Below are positions 11,690 to 23,299 of a stretch of 64,000 nucleotides of DNA, in pieces (position 1 is the stretch's first letter; each line of letters begins with the position of its first letter). The notes below the pieces were generated by a model. That model was not told where the DNA came from and searched no databases. It saw only the letters and a program-made list of their open reading frames with translations. Location of the stretch: the NCBI GenBank assembly GCA_008632985.1, contig QPGO01000058.1, forward strand, positions 248,001-312,000, written 5' to 3'. Source of the DNA: Psammoneis japonica. Lineage: Eukaryota. The translations under genes were made by a program, and so were the position numbers.

Positions 11690-12737
11690 TTAGGCTGTCA
11701 CAGAGTGCAATAGACTTCCCCATCCATCGTCATCTTTTGGCAATTCATCTAGATCGTCCATGTTAAAGGGCTTTCCCATCAGTGAAAAGATTTCTTGGAG
11801 CACAGTTGGATCATCCGGGAGAGCCAAGCAATCTTCTGAAGAATCGATGGCTTGACCTCTTCTACTACTACTTGTTCCTTTTTCATAATAGGATGTTGCG
11901 GCTGGACAGCTTCGTGGGTGGTGGGGAAGAAAGATCTCTCGCCATGATTGTATGGCATGGATCCAAGTTCGGAGTTTCTCCGTCTGCTCTGGAACGACCT
12001 TTCTTGTTGAAGCAACGTATTTTGTCGGTTTCCAATACTGGGCATGGAAGAGCGACGAGAAGCCTTTGCCATGACGTCGAGACTCTTGCGCCTGTGCATT
12101 TCGTACTCGGCATCTGTCATGGAGTAGAAATTCGGCTCGTTCTGAGGATTGCTTGCCCTTCGGACTCGAGTGCCCTTGACCTTTGTTCGGATAATGGAGT
12201 CACACAGCTCGGGCTTTCCACGTTTAAACAAGAAGTGATAGTACCCGCCCTTGTCTGGACCTTCTGTAATTCTTTGGAAACCGTACTGTAGGAAAAGATC
12301 AGAAGAAGATTGTAAGCATCTATAGAGGTCGAGGGAGGCGTCGCTGAAAGTAAATCTTCGCCAACACTTACCAAATTCAATTGGCGCTGAAAGCTGGACC
12401 ATTTTGTTTGTCTAAAGAGGTTTGGCATAATGTGAATAACAAACTCCTTTGGCTTGTGAACAACGAAGCATTTTCCATGGGGCTGCCAAGAAACGATGTC
12501 TGCGTTCCCGTGCTCTCCGGAAGTTTCGAGCATAAGATGAAGCAACCGAGGAAACGGTATTCTTCCTTTTCCTGTCTTTGTAAGGGAAGACCTCCGCTGA
12601 GCCCGCTCGGGTTCCGCAAAGTCCCAATCGGGTACCAGAGAAAGTGATTCTGGGGAAAGAAAGTCGTTCAAGTCGTCAAGAGGCTCGCAATCAATGTCGA
12701 AGATATCTCTGGAGACGCTCATGTCTTGGCAATCCAT
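11690..12737 (-). CDS. Heat shock transcription factor (HSF DNA-binding domain)
   Basis: FPRLLHLML...IVSWQPHGKCFVVHKPKEF...FRQTKWSSFQRQLNL|YGFQRI with GT-AG intron 12286-12371. The C-terminus probably continues through a frameshift near 11820 to a stop at 11690. Confidence 0.92.
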
Positions 12738-14089
12738 GCCTGTTCGAATGAGGAGCCCAATTTGTCAAACGTTTGTGACAATGCAACCATTTTTTCAAGT
12801 TGTGGCTGAAGTTATAAGGCTCACAAATGCTTTGACCGCAGGAGTTTAAGTACGACTATGAGGCTTGCCGTGTCTTGAAGAGACGACTTGAAAGATTTGT
12901 GAGTGAATGGTCTGAGAGTCGTGTCTTTTTGGTAGGTGAAGCTCAAGCTTTTTTCAAAGTTAGTCAATCTATTTGGGTCTGAAAGACGCGTTTGCGTGGT
13001 ACCGTTTGATTCAGTGAGCGTGGTTTCGGTCATTCACCAAAATTGGCGAAACAAAATGGTCCGTTGCATTTCTACGCTTTTCAGTACTAAAGTCGTCAAA
13101 TGTCCCTTCCATCTTCGATCAGTTTGGACAGATCATGTGCCAAAATAATTAGGAGAAACAGAATGTATCATTTATGGATGGCGATTCAAAGACATTCAAC
13201 GATAAGTGACCTACAGTGGCATCCTAGCGACCATCACGGTTGAAAATGCCATGGGCTGGATCTTAATGCCGAGAACTCATGATGGTAACATAAATACTAA
13301 AGAAATACAAACATTCAGCGTTTATTGTATGAAATGATCAGTCACGCGTGTAGTCACGTTCAGAATGTCTCCTTTGACATAAATTCCAACATTTTGAAAT
13401 TTTGCAGTCACTCTCCTCCTCTTTTATTGAGGTCACACGACTGAAAGGCACTGGCTTCGAAAAAAATGTGGACTCTTGATATCCCCTCAGCGGAAGATTA
13501 TTACTACTTCACGCGCTCATCTACGACTAATTGATTTGCGGTTTGCTCCTTCCTTCCCGGGATCAGACTCTCACAAGAAGATATGGTCCGTTTAACACAT
13601 CAACGCCAGACACATTGCTCTACTTATGGCGAATGCAAAGCCGAGAAAGGGGCGGTGACCTGTGTCATTCATTTTATTCTTTCTCACTCTACGAGCCAGT
13701 AAATATGGGATGATCGAAACAGCTCAAACGTAACATGGGAGGTCTAGAAACGCCTTACCTTGCACACTCCAGCACATTATTGGACGAATGCCGTATTAGC
13801 AAACGATTCTTCGAATTCATGACCGAACGAAGGGACGTCCATCAGGTCCAAGCCTCGTCAACCTGAAGTCCAAATTAGGATGAGCATACCTAAGCCATGA
13901 ATTGGAAATTCAATCATTCTCATAGGATGCGCCCGCATCTTGTTAATATGCGTCGCTCCCTTATTTGAAATAAGCTAGTAATGCCTTATTCTCTCTACAG
14001 TTTGCAGCTGGATCATCGTTGATGTGCCACTTAGAGTCCAGCATGTACAGTGTCCAGAACAAAGTACTTATAACATATCAAGTTTAAGC

Positions 14090-15422
14090 AAATCCAAACA
14101 ATTCACGCAAACGAACATATGGGTGGGATATCTCCTGGAGCTGGCGTGTTTGACGGAAAAATCAAGGTAGGAGCAATTCGTAAAGGTGCCATGAGGATAT
14201 GAATTACCCAGTGTGACAGCTCATAGCTCCATATTGATTGTAGCACGAGGCTACCGCATTGTCAACAAGAATAGTTCCAGAGGAAGTGAGAGGAGCATAG
14301 TAACCATCCATTGTGGTTGAGTTTACCGAGTGAACGAGACTGACTCGATGCTCGCCTGTGAAGCGACTCGATTTTGACACCAGCTTTGACCCCGCCTTCA
14401 GTTTCTTGGCAGGGACGGCATGCTGTTTACCAGTGTCTGTCATTATGAACACCATGTGCTCAGGCGAAAGCGTCAAATTACCCTGATCATGGGAAATCTT
14501 CAAAACACCGACGGTCTCGTTTGGATGCCAGTGGAGGAAAGTGGCAACAGTGGCCCATCCGTCAGCAGTCGCGACCTTGCTTCCAATCTCAAGGTCCTTT
14601 ATTAAAATGGTTCCCCGCTCACGATCGACTACTGTCGAATCCGGAGAAAAGCAAGCTGCGTGATCAACAACATTGATATCTTCCCAGGACTCTTCTCGTT
14701 TGGACGGGGGATGCATCGGGCGACTAGGTAACTCCTCGACCCAGTCAGTGAATTTGTTCCTCCATGAGGAACGCAGAAGCATCTTATTCCATGCGCCCCC
14801 CAGAAGTGCCCCCAAGGACCAAGAAGAGACGTTATGGTCGTCGTACCAGAAAATGGGGACGTTGCACAGCTGGTAGTTCTTGCATAAGATAAGGGGGTAG
14901 ACTCTTCTCGTAGAGATCTCTAGCAGGATCATGGGTGCATTGTGTCATCACGATTGCAAGCCGATCAGCTAACTCTTCCTTGTTTCCGTTTCCAAGAGTC
15001 GAGACCATCATCCTCAGAGTCTTGCGAGCTTGAGCATCTAGCCTTTTGTTGCACGCATTGTGAACGTACACAAATCCATGACCTCCGCCGATCGATCGTA
15101 CGTGACGAAAGAGATCATCCAGAAAGTCATCGTTGCGGTCGTCTGTATCTCCCAGCCCTCCAGTGTCTGATGCACGAACCAACACACCTCTCGATGTGTC
15201 CCCAAACAGCGTCCCCGCTCCTGTCGAAATGCGTGAAGTAGAAGAATCGAGAGTGTCTCCAACCTCAAAGAAACCCCTTTCGCCGATGATTTCGTTCAAG
15301 AGGGTGCTCTTGCCTGCGCCTGTTTCTCCGATTGCAATGATATGTCGTGTGGGTCCCGATTTAACCCGTTGCGGAATTAGCAGGAGCACCATGGCTGCGC
15401 GAAGAACCGGAAAAACATACAT
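14090..15422 (-). CDS. Signal peptide + AIG1/TRAFAC-like GTPase + Hedgehog-type Hint (Hog) domain fusion protein
   Basis: GETGAGKST (G1), DTGG (G3), IVMTQC (G4-like). Hint from CFSPDSTV (Cys at 14651-14653) through LTLSPEH to GYYAPLTSSGTILVDNAVASCY. SRR-like SHWVIHILMAPLR lies in an adjacent frame. The GTPase and Hint ORFs join through a frameshift at the G5 run ~14893. Confidence 0.8.
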
Positions 15423-15549
15423 CTTGTTCGACAAGTTAAAGAAATCGAATGTCACTATCTGGTAATCAACCCGTGCGATTCTTCGGCGGCTTTCCCCAGA
15501 TTGTGTCTGGGTCTGCGGTCTCGATCATTCATGCGGATCCTGTATGAGT

Positions 15550-15820
15550 AAAAACCTGAATTACGAAAATTTCAAACTGTTGTGTTGCATCTGTACACTC
15601 CGATGAGAACGCTTTTGATTGGTGGTTCCTCGTTCCCGTACGGTAGAGGGCGTTTGCTGTTTAGAAGCACATCATGCAGGGCGCGCTCCCTCCCACTCTC
15701 TCAAGCAGTCCTGCTTGCGTAAAAACCTGAAATGCGAAATTTCAAACCGGTATGTTGCCTCTTCACACTCCGATGAGAGCACTTTTGATTGGCGGTTCCT
15801 CGTTCCCGTGCGGCAGGCAT
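15550..15820. repeat. Intergenic ~100-bp imperfect direct repeat, 2 copies, period ~171 bp
   Basis: aaaaacctgaa...acactccgatgag...ttttgattgg(t/c)ggttcctcgttcccgt at ~15550-15650 and ~15721-15820. Confidence 0.85.
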
Positions 15821-16307
15821 TTTTGGTTTATTCGAATTCGAGACCGGCGCACCTCACTGCGATCTTTTGGTCATGCGTGTTGTGCACCAATGGGCGCAAT
15901 ATCACCACCAAGAGGCGGCACGCGGAACTGGCATCACATGCATTGTTGCTTGGGTCGCTAAGCGCAGGCGTCCAATTGATGGGAATCTCTTCCAAGAATC
16001 GTCGTCATTGTCAGATCCGTTGCTCTCTCCTTTTCGGTAGCTGCTTACTACCGTTTCAAAATAAAGAGTACAGCTGAAGGAAGTGGTCTACCAAACATGA
16101 CATCATCTTGAAATAAATTAAAATGTAGTAGTGAAGAAAGTGGCGAGGTTCAAGGTCAAATTCGCGACCCAAATCCGCGACCCATAACGAACGAAAAGCG
16201 CGCAAAACCATAAGACGCGACGCGCGACAGACCACCCAACGCTCCCATCCCATTTATTTATCACGCACCTTGAACCTCCAACCTCCCATCGCAACCAAAG
16301 AGCAACA

Positions 16308-17582
16308 ATGGCAACCGCGCCGATACACCGTCGTCCTCAAAGGCAAAGGATCCTAGCGCTCCTTCCATGATCATCCCAGTTGTCCTATTTGTCTTGGCGA
16401 CATAGATGAAGCGGATCAGACATATCCTGTTTTATGTCCGCTCAAGTGTAACTACAACTTTTGTGCCTCGTGTGTCGAGCATTTGGTGTTGAGCTCTCAG
16501 AGTGACTATGAAATGGCTTCGGATGGAAACAAACACGTCAAAGTCCAGTTGCTGTGTCCTCAGTGTCGAGGTGACTTGAGCAACACAATTCACGATACCC
16601 TGTTGCTCCGCAAGGCCTTTGTCGCGTCCAAGTACGTGGAGACACCAGACTCGGAGCTCAACGCTTCCGAGCTACGAATCAAGCATGAATTTGCAAAACA
16701 GTACGGGGACGCTGTTAGCGATGCCGAAGCGAGGGTGAGAAAGTTCCACGAAGGAACGGCGGAGCCAATTAAAATGACCAAGAGTGAAGAACAAAGGGCT
16801 GCGTATGTCGATACCACCTTGTTTGGAGGCTTGGAGTACGCAATGACGGAGAGGAGCAAGCCTATGTCACAGAGCTAATGACTGGTGGAAACGCAGAACA
16901 TTGGCACAAGCAGCTCAAATTTTGCATGGTATTGCGCAGATTTCATTACAGGGAATAACACCTTCGATGCGTGGTACAAAGACGACTAGTAGTAGTCCAC
17001 TAGCTCCTGCTACTGCCAAGGCTACCAAGATGGACTACACTCCACACGTGCAGGTGGAAGAGGGACCAGTATTCTGAAGAGCGAAAACAAGTCGAAGAAC
17101 TGGAAAAACAAAAGAAGCTCCATCCTCTTCCGGCTCGTATGCCACGCTTTGCTCTCTTGACAGCTTTTGATCCCACGGCGAAACGCAAAACGATCAAGTT
17201 TGAAAATGATGAATGGGACGGGTCCCTTGCCGACGCGTTTATTCGAATGCAAACAAAATCTCACAAACCAAAACCAGGGGCGGATCGAATTTTGTCCTTG
17301 GCGGATGATCCTCAGCTTGCTCCACCTATGGAACGTGTCAAAATTGCCTCGGTTCGAGGAGAAGCCGGCAAATTGGGGCTGCAAGCCGGAGACGTTGTGA
17401 CTCATGTAAACGGAGAACAGCTTGTCGGCGATGCTGAGGTCTTGAATGACATGATTCTCCGCATGTTTAGTGAAAATCCGACCAGTCCAATGACTTTTTC
17501 CATTGTGGTGAACGCTGAAGCCTCCACCGCAGAAGTATTGAAACTTCGTGCAAAAGCATTAAAGTTCAGCGGCAGAGGATGA
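16308..17582 (+). CDS. RING-finger protein with C-terminal PDZ-like domain, frameshifted in this sequence
   Basis: CPIC...CPLKCNYNFCASC...CPQCR RING pattern, and GKLGLQAGDVVTHVNGE PDZ-like motif. Confidence 0.75.
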
Positions 17583-17786
17583 GGGATTGTGACGAGATGG
17601 GAATAGGAGACGACAAGATGAATGCGTAAAGATTAACATGTATATCTAGAATATGGGATTTGCTTGCAGGACATTACCTCTACGTTTGCCAAGGGTTCTC
17701 TTTCAGTGTTCGGATATCGTTAATGAGTGCATCATGACAGCATCTCTGATGACCTTGCGGTTGGGCGAAACAGAAGAATGGAGCAC

Positions 17787-19042
17787 TTATCGGCTCTCAA
17801 GGAGAGCGACGCATTCAGAAACGCTTTTCTTCGCCTTGAAAGCTTCCACGAGAGCTTCATACTTTCCTTGTTGTTATTGATAAGATTGTAAGCAGTAAGG
17901 GCGCCCCACCTGGTCAATTCTTGTTGCTTTTGTGCCCCAAGAAATTCTTTGCTGCGACGAAACAACAAATCCAACTCGACCAAATCATTGTCTCCTCCTT
18001 TTGCGTCTCCCAAGCCCAACACTTCTGCCACAGATCCGCTCATTGCCACCACGGACAAGGCGGCGATTTCCTCACTGCTTAGTTCTCTTCCAGCTTCACC
18101 TTCCGAGTTTGGGTGAAACTCGACGCATGGAATACCTTCGTCCAAGATGGAGTAACCCTTGACAGGAAGTCCACAGAGATATCCACATAGTGCGTGACCG
18201 GCTTCGTGGCGACAAATACGGTCAAGACGTTGTGCGTCGCTGTCGGCGGTACCTCGGGCACTCACAATGGCGCCAGCAATAATGCCGGGAGCACTTGAAC
18301 CAATCCCGAGAAAGGCGATGGGAATAAGCGCACATGCATAGCACACGGCAGGTCCAATGTTTTCGGGCAAGAAAGCTAGAGCACCGACACCCAAGACCGA
18401 TGCACCCAGTGTCACCCCAAGAGTGGCGTACTTGAAGTCATCCATGGAAACATCGCCTTCCCCAGCAATCCCCAGAGAATCGCCAGTCACCTTACCGTCA
18501 GTACGGGTTTCGAGAACTCCAAGAAACGGGAAAAGTTCGCAAGCCAGCACCAGCGGCACTTTTCCACAAAGACAAGTCCCCCGATGAAACCATGGAATCC
18601 AGTGCCATTGTCTGACTAACCGCATCGCCATCCCTCAAAGTCGATTGGATTCAGCTTTTGCGACAGCTCTTCGACGGAAACTGATTTCTTTGCCTTCAAC
18701 TTTTTCTTCTTTCTTAACTGCGATACCGGCTTCTTCTTGTGTTTTCCGAGTTCCTGCGTCATACATATGTAAGAAAAGAAATATTAGCAAAAAGTTGCAA
18801 AAGTCCGAAGGACGACATTGTCAGATTCATCTTACCTTGGCGAGTTTGCTTGCCTCTTCTCGTGCCTTGGCAGCAGCGGCTCGGAGCTTCTCAACCTCGT
18901 CTTCGGCCGATGACGCCATGGAGAGGACACTGCGATGATGGCTTTGGGTGAATGCTCCTACCGAAGTTGAATGGGAGCTTGGAATAACGAACGCATCGCA
19001 AGAAGCAAGGGCAGCAACAAGTGCAATAGCTGAGAGTTTCAT
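17787..19042 (-). CDS. Plastid-targeted M41/FtsH-protease-domain-like Zn metalloprotease without AAA domain (VIR3-like)
   Basis: MKLSAIALVAALASCDA-FV presequence, two TM helices, RHEAGHALCGYLCGLPV, VAMSGSVAE and GGDND. Introns near 18560-18630 and 18770-18836. Confidence 0.8.
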
Positions 19043-19417
19043 TTTTTATTTTGTTTCGTACAAAGATATCTGTAGGATTAATGGGACGTCAACATAGTTT
19101 CAAAAGATGAACGATGAGCTGCGACTCATGCTCTGGCACGATGCAACACGACAGCGCTAGATCATCAATCACAACATCATGATCTGGCTCGCGACACCGC
19201 ACTGCAAGATCGCTTCTGACGTCACTAAAATTTCGAAAATTTTAGTTAAAGACAGTTAAAGCACATCAGCCCACACCAAATAAATTCTAGAGCATAGCCG
19301 ACCGCACGTCGTCTCATCGCAGCATCACCATGGCGGTGGTGAATTTTTTTTCATCCCATAGCATGTCTCGCAGATAATGTTGTTTTTTTCTCCAAGAGCT
19401 CGCAGAAAGTTGCCCAG

Positions 19418-20378
19418 ATGGGTTCAGTTTTTCTCCTCAGTTTCCAAGTCGCCAAAATGATTCGTCTGTCGAAGCGAATGAGTGAGCTTGACATGTGTTC
19501 CCGTCGAGAGGCGGATCGCTATATTTCGAATCAACAAGTTTTGGTGTGTGGTATTCCGGCAATGTTGGGTCAAAGGTACCCGCAAACGAAACTGACATTG
19601 AAATCGAGCCTCAACCTTTCAAGACAACCACATGCCTCCCGCCATCGCATTGCATAAACCGATTGGCTATGTTTCGGGGCAACCAGAGGATGACAATGTA
19701 CCGGCTGTTCGTCTGTTGACAGCATGTAATATTTCTGATGAATTCAAAGTTATGGATTTTTCAAAATGGGGGCTACGAGATGACACTGACACACTATCAG
19801 GATTTGCCCCCGCTGGCAGACTTGACAAGGAGAGTAACGGGTTGCTTGTCTTTAGTAGATCTGGTGTTCTTTCTAAGAAACTTGTATCAGCCGAGGGATT
19901 GATTGAGAAAGAATATATTGTTGAGGTAGAACCGGCGAAACGACCGTCGATGCAAGAGCGTCGGTCAGGTCTACTAGAGCTGCCGAAACCATTGCTGAAT
20001 TTATCGGCACTTCAGCGTGGGGGTAGCCGCTTGTGGAACGAAGCACGCCCTCTTCGCAGTGTCGATGTAGTGTGGATAGAAAAAGGCAAAATACTCAAGT
20101 TTATCTTGAAGGAAGGTCGCAAGAGGCAAATACGACGAATGTGCAGAGAATTGCTTGGCTTTCATGTTTTGAAATTAGAGCGAACTCGAATAGGACCGAT
20201 TAAGCTAAACGGGCTGCCAACGGGTTGTTGGAGGCCACTCAGAGAAGATGAAGTGAATATCATCCTAGATCAGAAGGCGCCGTCAGAAGAGAATATCAAG
20301 CAAGATCTAAAACCCGCACCCAACCGAAGAGAAGCGAAGAGAGTTGCTAGGGAAAAGTTCAAGGACGGTCTCTCGTAG
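19418..20378 (+). CDS. RNA pseudouridine synthase, RsuA/RluB/F family with S4 domain
   Basis: IRLSKRMSELDMCSRREADRYI (S4), HKPIGYVS, GRLDKESNGLL (catalytic Asp) and EGRKRQIRRMC. Frameshifts at ~19575 and ~19630. Confidence 0.9.
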
Positions 20379-20997
20379 CTTATATTGTTCGGTGCAATGT
20401 GGAGTTGATCCGTATCGTACTTGGTAGCGCTAGGAACATGACTTCGTGTCGCCTGTCCACCTCAACACATGCCATGATGCGTACTCGTAAGTTACCGCGC
20501 TGCGACTATTTCGGATTGCAGAGAGTCTCTAGTTTCATGAAACAGGCTCTGAAAGGAACTTAGGGAGAGCAATCTCGATAGCTTTCCTTTTTGCCGCAAC
20601 CAGCAAACAAGTGTGGCTATCAAATTTTCATACTGAGGAAAAGCGGAGAAGCAAAGAATAATGAACGATGAGGGGGGCGATCAATAAACGGTAGTACATT
20701 GGATAATTTAAAATGGATAGTAACTCTCGGACGCGTATGGTACGAGCCCTAGGGCCTACAGTAACTTTCTTGAGAGGACGCCGACGCATTCAGGGTTAAG
20801 AGTTAGGAATCACTTGTGGAGAGTAGAGACGGCCGATTGATTATCATACGAGTACACAGTGTCCCTAAAATAGTGACAATTATTTTATTCGGGTGGATTA
20901 CTGTACGCAAATTTTGTGCCATTGTGTTACATGAACAAAGGCAAATAAATACTACCAACATCGAAAGGGCGCATGCTATGGCATAGGTGTGAATCCC

Positions 20998-22666
20998 CTA
21001 GGGTTCTTCAATATCATCAGTGCCGCTTGAACCGTCAGGATTCATCAGCTTTTGTTTCTGCAGTGCCAAACCTGCTTTGCGCTCCTGAAGATCGTTCATG
21101 TGGTTATCGATCTCGCCCTCAAGTTCTTCAATTTGATCGAGAGAGAGGTCATTGTATTCTACGTCCTTTGGCAAGAGTGGAACAGCCGGGTACAAATGGC
21201 CAGCCTCGACGCTTTCTTCTTCGTCTTCTTTGCCGCCCTTGCGCGCAGCACGTTCCTCGGCAGTGCCAATGTAGACTTCGTCACGCTTAAAGCCTCGGAC
21301 CTTCTTGTCAATCTTGGCAAGGAACCATGCTCCAGAGCAAATACCGGTGGCCTCCAAAAATAGACAGATGCGGAGGAACAGGTAGGTGATGGGATTTGAC
21401 AAAAAGGCAATGGGAAAGGCAGACGCGACAAGCTGCCACGAGATGGATCCGAGAATGGTAGTAATGGTGGCACCAAGGAAACCAGTTTCAAAGAGTTCCT
21501 GGAGTCCATCGCTAACACCCCACAGGTTGCCCTTGCCCTCGTCCATCGAGACAGTGGTGACACGAGAGATAATGAAGAAGCAAGACACGACACTGAGCTG
21601 ACGGCCAATCATGAAATTGGGAAGGTTGTGTCCCCTGCCCTTGTAGAGGAGATCGCAAGTCATCTTGGCACACTTGGCTCTTCCACGCTCGTCCTTGGTA
21701 AGCTTGGCGACGGCAAAGAAGGCAATCTGCATACCTTCGAGCATACCAACGACAGACATGAGGAGGAAGAACAGAATCACGGCAACTGCCTCGGGAACAC
21801 CGTCCCACATGGTGGTTTGTCCTTGGAAAAGAGCAGATAGGGTGACTGCCAAGGCAAAGCCGAGGACGACAAACGAGACAAGGACACGGAACCAGAAGAA
21901 AAGAGATTGACCGGTGCTGCGCGGAGGCTCCTTGGATTCGATGGGCTTTCCAGCAAGGTATCCAACACAAATCTGGATGAAGTAGGAGAAGTGCATGAGA
22001 CCGGTGAATTCAATCGCCCTGGCAGTGTAGAGCGTAAAGAGGTTTGCATAATCGTTGAAGTAGTCGAGCATACAGAGCGATGCGTTGACCTGCGACTGCA
22101 ACTGTCCGACCTGTGCCGTAAAGAGGATCATGGCGAATCCGGTGACAAGGAAGATGTCGACAATCCACTTAGGCAATCCCCAGAGTTCAGCACCTTCGAT
22201 AGGGGCTCCACACTTGTTGATGAGGAAAACGATAAAGATGACCATGAACTGACGGCCCATAAGGTAGCGATCGAGGTTATCTCCCTCTTGGGTCATAGCG
22301 TTGCCCTTGTAAGCGATCGGGTGGGTGTCCTTGTAGAGCTCACGGTCAATCGGGTGAAGACCAACCAACGAAGCCTGTCCGCCCTCGACGAACGAGAGCC
22401 AAATCAACATCACCCAAAGGATAATAAAGGCAAGAGCAGGATGGTATTGCTCGGACCACGCCGTCTGCCTTGTGAAGATCAAGCCCATAACGATCACCAG
22501 CGAGAACACAAGGAGAATGGTGGAGTAGAACATCTTGAAGATGCTGAGAGCTTTGTGCAAGTCCGATTTCTCTGTAAGGAGGAACGAGCGAAAGAGCGAC
22601 CGAATGAGCAAACAACGCAGAGGAAAACAACAAGCTACGTACGAGAGAGACAGGCTTACCACTCAT
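20998..22666 (-). CDS. SIT: Silicon transporter
   Basis: About 10 TM segments, EGGQ, GRQ, EGMQ and GRQ motifs, CMLD motif and C-terminal coiled coil. Exon 1 ATGAGTG (22666-22660), intron 22572-22659, giving MSEKSDL. Confidence 0.97.
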
Positions 22667-23299
22667 GGTTGAACAAACTTTTCTTTGTTTTGGTTGTAAT
22701 GTACCGTACTAAAGGAGCTTGTCGATCAAGCAACACAGAAAAAGAAAAAGTGAGACGATTTTTGCGGATTGGAGGCGATTGGGATTTTGAGCGGGAAACG
22801 CTCACTCCGCCTGCCACGTCCGTTAATTTTTCTCGTGTAACGTTTTTCGACGAATTATTTATGAAAATGTGACGTTACCGTTGGTAGGATCTTGGTTCCT
22901 ATCGCAAAATTTTGTCGTTACGGGTTTTGTACGACAATCTACGAGCTTAAGATTAATACAAAGGAATACACATACATCTACTATCATTCTAATGCACTCA
23001 TGTCGGTTTCTGTCAATCCCATAATGTCTCTACAGCACGTACGGTTCGTACAGTATGGAGTGTCATTGGTTTGTCCGTGGTACTTTACAGTATGTTTTGT
23101 ACGATAGCACTCAAAATATGAAAGATATTCAACTCCGAAAGTGCAAGATTTTGATGGACCGGGCACAGGCTCAATTCCCATGACTGGCCCATTTTTGCAT
23201 CATTTGGCACAATAAACTCCTTCAAAATCGAAGGTCCGCAACATAAAAGGAGCCAAGGACATTAGAACCTTGCTCACCAGGCGTGTGGTCGATTGGGAC

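Noticed and set aside
19217..19224. TGACGTCA bZIP-type palindrome in a divergent promoter
   Set aside because: One 8-mer is expected by chance in 64 kb; no supporting evidence.
21907..22872. 321-aa ORF antisense to SIT
   Set aside because: Shadow ORF from the codon bias of the SIT gene; no motifs.
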